A stretch of 64,000 nt of DNA, counting the filler, from Reticulomyxa filosa (lineage: Eukaryota; Protista; Foraminifera), in the NCBI GenBank assembly GCA_000512085.1. It is 14 parts of 14 records of this genome, joined end to end, with 100 filler letters (N's around TTAATTAATTAA, not from the genome) between each part and the next. Parts side by side here need not be neighbours in the genome. Positions count along the whole stretch, not along the records: positions 1 to 21,224 come from ASPP01010493.1; 13 more parts are not named here. One strand, written 5' to 3'. The position numbers and the translations under genes were made by a program. Below the pieces are notes generated by a model, which was not told the origin of the DNA, made no database searches, and saw only the letters and a program-made list of their open reading frames with translations. Below, one piece after another: positions 1 to 11,547 of this stretch. Every line of letters begins with the position of its first letter. Positions within the stretch are counted from its first letter, which is position 1.

Positions 1-554
1 CAAAGAACATACTCTCTTGGGCAAACAAACAAAAGGCTGATGAAAGGATTGAGGATCAAATGAAGGGACCCGTTTCAGTGCTTGTTCCTTCTTTGTCGTT
101 CGTGAAACCCAACACAGTTCAAATTAAAAATGGGACAGAGGTTCCTCAAGAGTTGTCACTATTGGATACCATCGTTGATTGTACTCCACCTCTTCGTTCC
201 ATTGTGTTTTTCTTTTTGGCCGCAATTTGGTTACTTTTACAGCCCAGTTTGTGTCGTTATCTCAAACTTGTTGTCTATGATATCACTTTTGGAATTCGGC
301 AGCTTCAAACACCTAAGCGTGATAATCGTCCAGCGAGACGATCGACACATGACTATTTCCTTCCCCCTCCAAATGATCTGCCAAACACCTCTTCGGTTTC
401 TTCAAGATATAATCCACCCCGTTCACAGCATGATCCTGCGTTTCGTTCTTCAAACAACTCGCTGGACTCATTTTCAGGACATTCCCAAAATCAAACCTAC
501 CAACCTTATGCATATTACCGAGAGATGAATGATGTGAGGTTCCAACAACAATGA
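1..554 (+). CDS. 3' part of a hypothetical membrane protein (5' end probably outside the window)
   Basis: ORF 60..554 with one hydrophobic segment (SIVFFFLAAIWLLLQ) and a Ser/Pro/Gln-rich tail; no family recognised. Confidence 0.4.
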   Translation, partial: KNILSWANKQKADERIEDQMKGPVSVLVPSLSFVKPNTVQIKNGTEVPQELSLLDTIVDCTPPLRSIVFFFLAAIWLLLQPSLCRYLKLVVYDITFGIRQLQTPKRDNRPARRSTHDYFLPPPNDLPNTSSVSSRYNPPRSQHDPAFRSSNNSLDSFSGHSQNQTYQPYAYYREMNDVRFQQQ

Positions 555-1067
555 TTTCTAAAAGCATTGACATTTTTCTTGGATAAGTTTAGATAACAAA
601 GCAAATTAGTTACCGTGCGTACGCATTTTGAGGTGGGAAAAATCGTTTTCGGGATGTGTTTAGGTGAGATACAGAAAGCAAAACAAATAAATGTGTCATC
701 AAAAAGATCAACAACTAATAAGAATAATACTCAAATAAAAACTATTTAATCCAAAATGACATTAAAAGCATTGCCCTTTACGAAAAAATTTATTTATTTT
801 CAATGATCACTTGTTGTAATGAAGATTTTTTCTTATTAAGACAACGATTCTAATTTGTTTATTTTTGGCAATGTTCAAACTTAACTTTTTAATTTTTGAA
901 ATAACGCTTTGTAACCGTACAAAGTTCACTGAATTTTTGTCAAAAAAAGCTGATGAAGAAAACATTAAATTATTAAAAAAACGAACAAATGTAAAAAAAC
1001 AACCTTTGCAAGTGTAATACGTTTTGCTGAGAGTATTTTATATATGTAAACAAAAAAATAAAAGTTT

Positions 1068-1850
1068 TCAACAATTTGAATCCAAGTCATCACTGTCAAA
1101 GTCTTTAATTAGTCTAAGGTTGGAACGTAAAGGTATATGAACAAGAGAATTTAAGCCTAAGTTTTTCAGTATTTTGTTACACTCATCCTCATTGATCTCT
1201 TCCTTATCAGTTTGTTTTTGATTTTGAGGCACTTGGATCGAATTCGAACTAGTCACAATGCTTTCTTTCAAAAGTAAAACATCGTCCATGCATTGTGTGA
1301 AATGCTGTTTCAAAGAATGATAGGAATGAAATAGATTATTACATTTGTGACAAATGAACTTGTTAATTGTACTTGAATTTGTATTCAATTCATCTGTGTG
1401 ATGACATGTAACAAACTGATGCAAATCTTTGCGCCATTTTTTGATTTTGCCATCAAATCTCCGTTTTGATATTTTGTCGAAAGGATCAGGTGGCAATGGC
1501 AAATTTAGTGCGGCTTTGTGTAATGTCGTTTTATTGTATGCTTCCATGAATTGCTGAAAAAATTGATATTCGGGACTTTTTTTCCCCAGTTCTATTTGTC
1601 TCTGTCGCTGGGTTATTCTATGAACATCTTCTTCCTTTTCTTTATTTTGATCTTTTTGGAAATCATTTGATCTCCAATTTGAACTTTCTTTCCGTGTCAT
1701 TCTGTGTGCATCACTTTCATATGGCCTTCTCAAACGTTTTCTGTTTGGCATTCCAATTGAGTAGTCCATTTTTTGATTATTTTCATATTCTTTGCGTGAT
1801 CTTTTGCGAGAGTTTTCCCGGTGACGCTGTTCATTTTGTTCAAACACCAT
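1068..1850 (-). CDS. SLBP: Histone mRNA stem-loop binding protein (SLBP)-like, with C-terminal C2HC zinc finger
   Basis: RITQRQRQIELGKKSPEY...PLPPDPFDKISKRRFDGKIKKWRKDLHQF matches the SLBP RNA-binding domain pattern (RRQKQIxxGK..Y..P.TP....SRR.WD..IK.WR..LH); then C-x2-C-x12-H-x3-C (CHKCNNLFHSYHSLKQHFTQC). Confidence 0.8.
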   Translation of the reverse strand: MVFEQNEQRHRENSRKRSRKEYENNQKMDYSIGMPNRKRLRRPYESDAHRMTRKESSNWRSNDFQKDQNKEKEEDVHRITQRQRQIELGKKSPEYQFFQQFMEAYNKTTLHKAALNLPLPPDPFDKISKRRFDGKIKKWRKDLHQFVTCHHTDELNTNSSTINKFICHKCNNLFHSYHSLKQHFTQCMDDVLLLKESIVTSSNSIQVPQNQKQTDKEEINEDECNKILKNLGLNSLVHIPLRSNLRLIKDFDSDDLDSNC

Positions 1851-2177
1851 TCAATATAAACAAAAAACGTTTTCTAAGTGTATTTATACCGTCTCCATCC
1901 TGGTAAAAGATAAAGTCTTGACAGTTTATATAAACAGCAAAGCCAGAACAAATTTGAGACACTTGAAAACTCGAAAGACCTTCCATATTTATAGTTGAAA
2001 GTTTATCTACAAAAAAGCTGAATACACCCAAAAATCTACATTTTAATATTGGGAAAAACAGCCTGTTGACAATCAGTAAAAGCGTTTGCCGTTGTTTTTT
2101 TCGTTTTAGGTTTTTTCCCTTGCTTTAATAACTTTGAAGTTTGTGAAAAGAAAATATTCTTGTGCACTAAAACAAGA

Positions 2178-3896
2178 ATGGAGTGTTTAAAGAAGAAAGA
2201 CAAGAGCCAAAGCAGCATTTCTTTTGTTGCGACAAATGAAAATGAAAGAGTATATCCCAAGGACAACTTGATGAAAAAACATTCGGAGTGGTGTCAACTC
2301 CAGCAAGAACTGGAATATGAGCTATCACAAATGACAGAGAGTAGCGAGTATTATCAGCAGCAGCAGGCGTCCATTGCATCAATATTCGATCAGTTGATAG
2401 CCTCATTAACAGCAAAAAAAATGGACTGTTTGAAACAATGGGAGGAGTCTCTGTTACGACACCGAAGAATGCTACAAGAGCAAATTGATCAAACAAGAGT
2501 GCATATAAACACTTTACATGGAGCCATTGAAGCAGCCAACCACAGTGTAAAAGCAGACACGACAAAGTATGAAACCGAGGCAAAACTTGAGAACAAGACA
2601 CAATTGGAAACGATGATTGATGAAATGCACAATAGCTTATCAAAAATGACTCACTATTCAAAAGAAGTGTCGTTTACGTATGACAAAAGAGTATATATGC
2701 AATTGTTGGAAATAGTCCAAAACTTTGGTGTTGTCTCCGTAGTCAATAAGACAACGCAAGATAATAAACTCTTGTCGAATGAAACAGACAAATGGACATT
2801 GCCTGATGGACGTTCACTCCCACCAGCACTCTCCAGTGTCACTAGCAATTCGAAATTATCGACGCCAAGGAGTGAGAGCACAAAAGAGATAACATCCATG
2901 TTTCCAAATGCCAAGACAAGTGTACGCCGTGATATCATGCACATAAGCAAGAGTACACCTCTTTCGTCCGAAAAGGAAACAAACGACCTTTTAGATCTCC
3001 GTTTTTTTTGGAAAGCAAAAACAGCGTGCTATGAGTGTGAGTCTCGACGTGGAAACTCCTTCAAATCGAATCAACGATACAAACATGGTTCAATCATCTT
3101 CGTCACACACATTTACGTCCTCTCGACTATTGAATTTATGGTGGCTACACAAAGTTTTTTGTTTTCATATACCCTCTTTGAATCAAATAAACAATACAAA
3201 ACATGCATACAGGTACAAGCATTGCCAGAAGTGTATCCGTTTAGATATTTTGCGGACAGGGATGGAATAAAGTTAACCAATAACCATTGTCGCATTCGTG
3301 GTGATAATCGAAGCACAGCACATTGCAGTCGGCTCACGAATTTGTGCATAATAAAGGAAGGTTTTAACAGCGGTCGACATCTGTTCAAAATTAAATGCCG
3401 TTCTAAATGTCCCAACTTGTCCAACCAAATTGGATTCTTAACCAATCCAAACTGTGTCGTAATGACCTCGTGTGCTTCTTCGTTGCACCTGAGTCAATCT
3501 CCGGAGATTGGCCTTTCTTATTATTTGATGAGCAATGGAAGATTGTATCATTACAATGGCTTTGAAAATCAGAGGTATTGTTATATGGAAAAAACGTCTT
3601 TAGATGGGAGTCCAACATATTCACCAGTCGAACAAAAACAACAAATAACACCCACTAATTCAAGTGAAATCAATTCCCCATTAATGCAAACTTGCAGAGA
3701 ACATTTTGCAGAAATAAAATGGCAAAACGGAGATACTCTGGTATTTTTATTAGATCTTGATAATAAGCAGATTACGTTTTATGTCAACCATTTCTTGGTT
3801 GGCACTGTTAAGACTATTCTCACCAGCTTCTCTTATTACTTGGCTATTTGTTGCTGTAGTAAAATAAGCCATTGTGACTATGAATGTATTAAATAA
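2178..3896 (+). CDS. Coiled-coil plus C-terminal SPRY/B30.2-like domain protein (resembles the C-terminal half of TRIM proteins)
   Basis: Long ORF 2160..3896; N-terminal Q/E/K heptad-rich region; C-terminal SGRHLFKIKC...IGF...WQNGDTLVFLLDLDNKQITFYVN is SPRY-like. A central in-frame intron is possible. Confidence 0.6.
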   Translation: MECLKKKDKSQSSISFVATNENERVYPKDNLMKKHSEWCQLQQELEYELSQMTESSEYYQQQQASIASIFDQLIASLTAKKMDCLKQWEESLLRHRRMLQEQIDQTRVHINTLHGAIEAANHSVKADTTKYETEAKLENKTQLETMIDEMHNSLSKMTHYSKEVSFTYDKRVYMQLLEIVQNFGVVSVVNKTTQDNKLLSNETDKWTLPDGRSLPPALSSVTSNSKLSTPRSESTKEITSMFPNAKTSVRRDIMHISKSTPLSSEKETNDLLDLRFFWKAKTACYECESRRGNSFKSNQRYKHGSIIFVTHIYVLSTIEFMVATQSFLFSYTLFESNKQYKTCIQVQALPEVYPFRYFADRDGIKLTNNHCRIRGDNRSTAHCSRLTNLCIIKEGFNSGRHLFKIKCRSKCPNLSNQIGFLTNPNCVVMTSCASSLHLSQSPEIGLSYYLMSNGRLYHYNGFENQRYCYMEKTSLDGSPTYSPVEQKQQITPTNSSEINSPLMQTCREHFAEIKWQNGDTLVFLLDLDNKQITFYVNHFLVGTVKTILTSFSYYLAICCCSKISHCDYECIK

Positions 3897-4199
3897 TGCT
3901 GCTTTGAGCATATTTACTTTACTATTACATTGTAGACCTTTTTTTCTCTCTCTTTTTCGTTTTGTGTGCTGTTCTAGTATTATTATGTTTAATTCATCGT
4001 TTTTATTTTTGGTTATCTTGTATTGCGAATAATCTAATTGATGAAATATGAGGTATGGGCTTTCTCAGTACAATTTATTGAAAAGGAAAAGGATTAAATA
4101 ACAGTAATACGAAGCTTCTTTTAGCAACACGTCTAAACTTCAAATTGGAAAAGGGTTTTAATTAAGAGAACTCCAAAGTGAGAGTGATCAACTTCCAAT

Positions 4200-7100
4200 A
4201 TGAGCCGCAGAGGTTAGTGTTTCTATTACTTTTCCAAAAGGCTCGAACATTATTTTTAAAAAAACAAAAACAAAAGACCCACAGTTCAATGTGAAAGAAT
4301 TTGTTGAGTGGTTTCAACAATTACCGAAAAATACGAACACATTAAGAATATTTCGAAGAGATGGTTTTTATCAGATATATGGAGATTTTGTGTCCAATAT
4401 TGCAACCGAGTTTTTGAAGTCGGCACAAACAATATCTTGGGTTGGTGAAAAAGATGAAGAAGGTTCGGACCAACATGAATTAGTTCCTTGCGTTTCAATA
4501 AAGCCCAAAGTTGATAAAACAAAAAAAGAATCCCTTGTTGATAGGTTTGAAAAGTATAAGCAACCGAACAAACAAAAAAAGCAAAAATAAATGACAGATG
4601 TGCGAAAGTATCATCCACGATTACTTAACACGAAAAGGGAAGAATGTGGAAATTTATGAGCGCGATAGCGACGGTTCCTGGAACGTGTCCAACAAAGCAT
4701 CTCCTGGCAACACAAGCGGATTAGAAGGATGTATTGATGTCAACACGAACACGACCCAATCGTATTTGATGAGTGTATATGTTGTGTTTTCGGATGACGG
4801 AGCAAAAAGGGTAAGGACAAAACACCAAAAACGAAGCACATAAAATTGGGGCTTGCAAGACAACTCTACTTTATATACGTGTATGTGTGTGTGGATGTCG
4901 TATGTATAAAGACATTAGGAATAGGTTTATGTGATAGTAACTCTTTGCGAATGGAAATAGCAGAAATGTTGGACAATAAGCATTACACGAATATCCAAGC
5001 TTTGCTTGTCGGTAAAGGTGTGAAAGAGGCCATTGTGCAATCCAATGCAAGCAAACAGTATTGGAGAGAAATGGAGCATCTGGAAAATATTTTGCGTAGG
5101 TCTCAGGTTGGAATTGCGGATAGTACAGGTACATTGATGCTTCTGTCAACGAAAGCAAAACAGCAGTCAATAAGGAGGAAGAGGAAGAGGAAAAAAAAAA
5201 GCAATCCTAGTGTATTGTGTAAACAGGAAGATGGCCTTCGTTGAAAGACCAAAGGCAATTGGAATTAACGGTAGAAACACTTGCAAATGACAGAAGCAAA
5301 AAAAGATTAATGTCACTACTCGTGAATAAGAATTTGGGATTAATTGCAATCAATGCTTTAATTAATCAATGGGATTTGTATATAAACAACGTTAATCACG
5401 GCCAATTTGACATTGTCGAATACAAAGCAACGTCGTTTATGAAATTGGATGGCGCTGCAATACATGCACTTAATTTATTCCCGTCCATTACAGATAGTTA
5501 ACAATTGCATTGAATCTATCTCTTGCTTTGTTCATTCAATTTTGTTAATTATTTTGTTTGTCATTTTAGCCAATTCTAATATGTCATTATTTGGATTGCT
5601 GAACAAATGCCAAACCCCAATGGGGAGTCGGCTGCTGTCTTCTTGGATCCGACAGCCTTTGGTTGACATTGAAAAAATTAAACGAAGACAAAAATTGGTC
5701 ACTCTATTCTTTCAAAATACAGGTAGGTTTTATATATAAATAAAAAAAATTACTCCTTTTGTATGAGACAATGTTTGTGGACAGATGTGAGATCCAAATT
5801 GCGTGATGATTTAATGCGAGGATTGCCTGATTTGGAAAAGGTATCGAATAAACTACGTCGCGGCAAAGCTTCGTTAAAGGAATGTGTGAGTCTTTACAAC
5901 TTTTGTCAACGACTTCCCTGGATTAAAGAAGCGCTATCTGAAGTACAGGATATGCTATGGGAAGACAGTTAATTGAAATTAAATCATTGAATGAAGGTAA
6001 TATTACAAATTACACTTGATTTACAAAAAAAAAAAAAACAGCGAAAGTGAAAGATGATAGTGACATAGCAATGAAAGAAACAAAAGAAGATGAATCACAA
6101 AACAAAAGCGAAAAAGACGTACAAAATGAATACAATCTGGACGAAATGGATGTGTCTGGATTGAGTCCGTTTCAGATATTGGAGAGACAATTTATTAAGC
6201 CATTGTCCGTGATAAGCCACAACTTTCACAATTTTTCGGCGATGGTAGAGAAAGTCGTTGATTTGGAAAAAGTGACAACTCAAAGAGAATACCTCATTAG
6301 TGCTACTTATGATGAAGTGTTATCCGAATTGGACAAAAAACTAAGAAAAGTGGACAAAGAAATGGAATCGATCCGACAGAACTTTAGCGCCCTCTTTAAC
6401 ACCAAAAATAACAAAGACATTGTCACACTGACTTACAAAAATACATATGGTTGGCATTTGAGAGTGCCAATGTCAACAAAGGGCCTTAAGGACTTGCCGT
6501 CAACTTACACCAAACTCGCAAGCGCGAAAAACGGTGTGTTGTACGGCACTAGCGCATTGGATGATTTGTCCAAGCAGAAACAGCGCGTTATGAGCAAATA
6601 TAATCAAAGGCAAGATGCCATCATTAAAAAAGTTCTTGAAGTTACCACATCTTATCTTCCTGTTATTTCCAATTCCGTTCAAGCGCTCAGTCATTTGGAT
6701 GTCCTTTTAAGCTTTGCTCATGTTGCAAGTTGTGCGCCTCAGGTTTGTTTTTTTTTCTTCATTGTTGTTCATTTGAAGGAAATCACAGAAAGGAGGAGAG
6801 TCGAATAGACACATAAGCAAAGGAATTGGAAAAACAAACAAACAATCATTTATTGTAGACTTATGTTTGTCCAAAAATATTGGCTATGGGAAGTGGTGAA
6901 ATGATCGCAGTTAAAGCAAGACATCCATGTTTGGAGATGCAAGACCAATTATTTAGTGCAAGTGGATCTATTAGTATGGATGAAAATAAAAATGATTTAA
7001 ATTCAGATTTTGATGATAATGTTCTCACTTCTCGTGAAATGGGAAAATGTGTTTCGAATGATGTCTCTCTTATTGCACAAAAGTCCAACTTTCAAATCGT

Positions 7101-8078
7101 TACTGGTCCCAATATGGGAGGCAAATCTACATATATACGCATGATTGGCTTGCTTGCGCTAATGGCCCAGATTGGCTCTTTCGTCCCTTGTGAAAAAGCT
7201 ATTATTACCGTTGTCGACAGTATCTTAGCCAGAGTTGGAGCGGGTGACCATCAATTGAAAGGCTTGTCTACCTTTATGGCAGAAATGCTGGAAACTGGAA
7301 CCATTTTGGAAGCTGCAACTTCAAATAGTTTGGTTATTATTGATGAATTGGGTAGAGGTACATCTACTTATGATGGATTTGGCATTGCTTATGCTATCAG
7401 TGAACACATCGCGAAGGATTTGGGATGCTTTTGTCTGTTTGCAACGCATTTTCATGAATTGACTGCTTTAGCAAATACTTTGAACGGGTTTGAAATCACA
7501 AACTATTTCAATAATCTAAATCTTTGAAAATAAAACAATTTTAGGAAAGAAAAACAACTGATGCCTTTAACCAAACAAATTTTCATTGTTATGATTGATC
7601 GATACATTCAATAGAGTCGTGAACAAACACGTGACTGCATACAAAGATGACGAAAAGAACCAATTGACAATGTTGTACAAAATACAGGATGGTCCATGTG
7701 ATCACTCATTTGGAATTCAAGTAGCACAATTAGCTAAATTCCCCAAACAGGTAATCGAAAGAGCTGAACAAAAAGCCCAAGATTTGGAATCCGTCACCAA
7801 AAGACCAAAGATTACTTTGCAAACTTTTGCACAAGTGCGATTGCTGATGACGGAATTTGATGAACATAAAAAAAAAAGCAAAACTGAGACCGAACACAAC
7901 GAAGCATTACAAATTTTCAAGTATGTCTTGTTGTCACATATTCTATATAATCTTAATTATGAAGCAACTACCTTGTGTTAATAGACAAAAGCTGAGCAAT
8001 ATGTGCGAAAAAAACCAAGACTTGGATAGTTTGGTCAAGAATATCCTATCTGGTGGTACAGTGGAAATGATCCCATAA
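4200..8078 (+). CDS. MSH2: DNA mismatch repair protein MSH2 (multi-exon)
   Basis: Exons encode [54 protein letters not shown], Walker [24 protein letters not shown], Walker [27 protein letters not shown] and [13 protein letters not shown]; GT-AG introns join the ORF pieces. Confidence 0.95.
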
Positions 8079-8741
8079 ACGCTTCAGACAGCATTTTGTG
8101 AGCGGTGTATTGGATTTTTGTTTTTAATTATTTAACAGCCAACTCATAGTTTTTCTTTTTTTTCAAAAATTTCTCGATACACGCTTCGAATACTTCGTAG
8201 AAGCAGCAAATGAAAAACATTTTTCTCCAAACGTGAATAAAATTGTCCTGAAGAATTTTAAAAATTTCATAATTATGAAATGAGTTGAATAAAAATCAAG
8301 ATGAAGTCAAAATCAAGAATCAAAACTATATTCAAAGATAGCAAAATTAACAGATGTTTTAATTATTCTTCAAAAAATTTATTTATCAAGTCATCAACCC
8401 ATCAAAATTTTATTTAATTTTTGACTGTTTATGTTTCAAAGTTTCATAAAATACAAGTTATATTTCATAAAAATAAATAAACAAATTATTATTACTGTTA
8501 ATGATCCAATATACACAATTTAGTCTTCATTTGAATTTGTAGTGTATTATTTATCATATGGTTCAATATTGCAATAAAATCAATACAATGGATAAAGTTC
8601 TTTCATTCTTAAATTTAAATTAGTTTTGAAATAATATTATTATATCTGTTAAATAATATATTACCATTTTTTGTACTTGTCATTTTCTGATTTTAATACA
8701 AAGAATGATAACACATTTATCATTATTTAATTGTTTGATAT

Positions 8742-8894
8742 CACTATAAATATTTGCAATTTTTTTGATAAAAAATTAACGTTTTTTTAATAATGTATCT
8801 CTACGTCGGAGAATCTAAAATACCTTTGATTTTTAATAAAAGATTTTGAAAAAACGTTAATTTTTTATCAAAAAAATTGCAAATATTTATAGTG
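8742..8894. mobile_element. 153-bp MITE-like element with perfect 46-bp terminal inverted repeats, termini CACTA...TAGTG
   Basis: 8742-8787 is the exact reverse complement of 8849-8894 with a 61-bp spacer. No target-site duplication is evident (TAT left, GTG right). Confidence 0.55.
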
Positions 8895-9409
8895 GTGCAT
8901 TTTGGGGTCTTTTTTTTTGCGGTCGATTATACTTCGATTTATGTTAAAATTAGCTCAAAAGCAAAGCACAAATAAATGAAGAATAGTATTATTTTCAAAT
9001 TAAATTGCAAATATTCATATTGAAAGAGCAATAGCATGAAATGTTGTTGTTAATACAATTGATAAAATTCGTTAAAAGGTCTTTGGGTTATATTTTCTTT
9101 CATCAAATAAAAGACTTGTTCTCTTGTTTGCTTTATTTCTTGACATGCTTAAAAAAAGCCTGACCCAGAGAAATACAATAAGTCTAAAAATGCACATCAT
9201 TTTTTGATTGTTTACAATTCATAATGAGCTAACAAGGAGCCAACATAAACTAGTACTTTTGTTTGATCGGCCAAGCACAAGAAATATTTTGGAGATTTTT
9301 GAGCAAATGAACTTGTGTTCTAACATACCCAACAAACACACAAAAACAATGGTATCATAACAGTATGAATGATTGAATGACACGTACTATCGGATTGAAA
9401 CGACAACAT

Positions 9410-11170
9410 TTAAAAACACTTTCTGTGAACAATATTGGGCCCAGTTTCTTCATATTCACTGGCAGATACCCAAAAGTCATTTGCAGCAGAGTAGATGTCC
9501 GCAACCACAGACCCACCTAACCATACAAGGTCTAACTTGTCCACATCTGGTCCCCATATATCAATTTTTTGATCTGTTGTGGCCGATTGCAAATATCCTT
9601 TTAATTTGTTGTCGAGTCCAGGGAGCTATGTAGGATGAGCAAATGAATATGAAGATGCGCTTTGTCTTGCAAGAAAATATCTAACAAAGGAAGCAAATAC
9701 TGAATATGAAGGATAAAAAAAAAGCAAAACTTTGGTAGTATTTCCGGCCAATATGATATTTGTCCACAAAACATGTCGAAAATCTTTGTTGCATCCGGTA
9801 ATGAAAGAATGTAATTCTCGATCCAATGATAACCCATCTGCCGTGAAAAAAGTGTTTTCAGTACATTCCCAAAGATGTCTATGCTCAATGCGAATCGCAT
9901 ACCCATCAGGTAATTCATATCGAACATTTTTTTGTAATTTGCTGTGTGACAGCTTTTCTTCATACATGGTTTGCCGACGTGAATAATTGCTTTTAATGTC
10001 AAGAGTGATGGAAGGGGGATTTTCAATTGTTTTTTCTTCAATCTTCGAATCATCTGCCTGTATTTCGCTGTCACGGTTGACTGCCAATGTTTCGATGAAA
10101 TGTGCATTCTGTCGTTTAATATCTGTGACTACTTGGATGTCGAATATGCGACTCGGATCTAACTTGTGTTCAGTGTCCAGCACGCGATTCATTTCGCCCA
10201 TCAAATATCGAGTCACATGGTGTCCACCTCCTTTGTATCCTAAAACAATCAAACAACAATGTGTTATTTTCCCCTTCTCTTTCTCTCTCCTCCCATTTTA
10301 TTTACAAAGTCCGTACGAGCAAAAGGTGAAACTTGAAATCCCTCATAGATACATGAAATATCCGTTGTCTCATATCCAATATCCACTACTATACCCGTTG
10401 TTTCTGTTTGTTTGTTTGTTGTTGTATATCAAAGGGGCAACTTCAAAAGAATTTTTTTTTTTTTTAATGTGGTTAACTCCCTCGTGCAGCCAAGGCACAT
10501 TCTGAGGCTTTCTTCACGCAAAATTTCGGGACACTGAATGTTTCAAACCATCTCTTGACGATTCCCCCCCAACATAACATACATATGATGCATGTTTTCG
10601 GGAAATAGACACAACATTTGCAAAGTACTCATCACTAAACACAAACTTGCATTAAACAAAAAAAAAAAGGCCGTACATAGGCAATTTGCTCTCTTTGTTT
10701 ACAAGTCCCAAGATGAGCTTCTTCACAATACAACACAGGTTGATCCGGGCTTTCCACTTGCAATTCGTTGTTCAATATGTGCTCCCACACTTTTTCAATT
10801 TCGTTCCAATGCTCAATTTCTCTTTTACGGTTTAATAATCGATTTTTTACATGCAACAACGAACTGCGCTCCAATACCTCGTTACCAACATATCTGTAAC
10901 ACCCAATCAACTTTGCAATAAATACCCATAGAAAAGGAAGGAAGGACAAAACAAAAGGGATATACAAAGTAAGAGAGTACTTAACAGATCCTTCAGTTGA
11001 GAACTTTCACTGACTGATGTTGTGTGTCGAATTGATCTTCCAACCACGGTTGGGAAAACACTTCTGGGCTCATTTTCTCCGGCAAAACCGCAACGAGTGT
11101 AGCAAGTACCTACATCCAATACAATTGCTGGATCCTCGCCATCTTCATGCTCTTCATCTGTATTTGACAT
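9410..11170 (-). CDS. Divergent actin-related protein (multi-exon)
   Basis: PAIVLDVGTCYTRCGFAGENEPRSVFPTVVGR, YVGNE, WNEIEKVWEH, FETFSVP, TTGIVVDIGYETTDISCIYEG, YELPDG, NIILAGNTT and VWLGGSV...EYEETGPNIVHRKCF are collinear with the actin fold. Confidence 0.9.
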
Positions 11171-11547
11171 CGCTGTCAAGAGATTATCAACTAATCACAA
11201 AGTTTTTTTTTTCGCAGTTGATACTTAACAGCTGGGTTACATTCTGACAATATGCAGGATAAAAATATACAAAATTTCCGGCCTCTGGTTTTGTTCAGTG
11301 GACTAAATAGTTATTTTACTAGACTTAATGAGAGTTAAGAAAATTCAATTAAAATATTTCATATAGAACAGAAAACACCGTATATAAGCTCCTTGTAACT
11401 ACATCAAAGACGTGGTTGCACTTGTTCAGCCAATTTTAATTTTTTGGTCAGTTGTACGGCAAGCAACATCCAATATAAAACAGTTCCGTCAGTGAAGAAA
11501 CGCTTGTTTCTCAAGGAGGTTTTTTTGGGTTCTCCATAGAGATCGAT

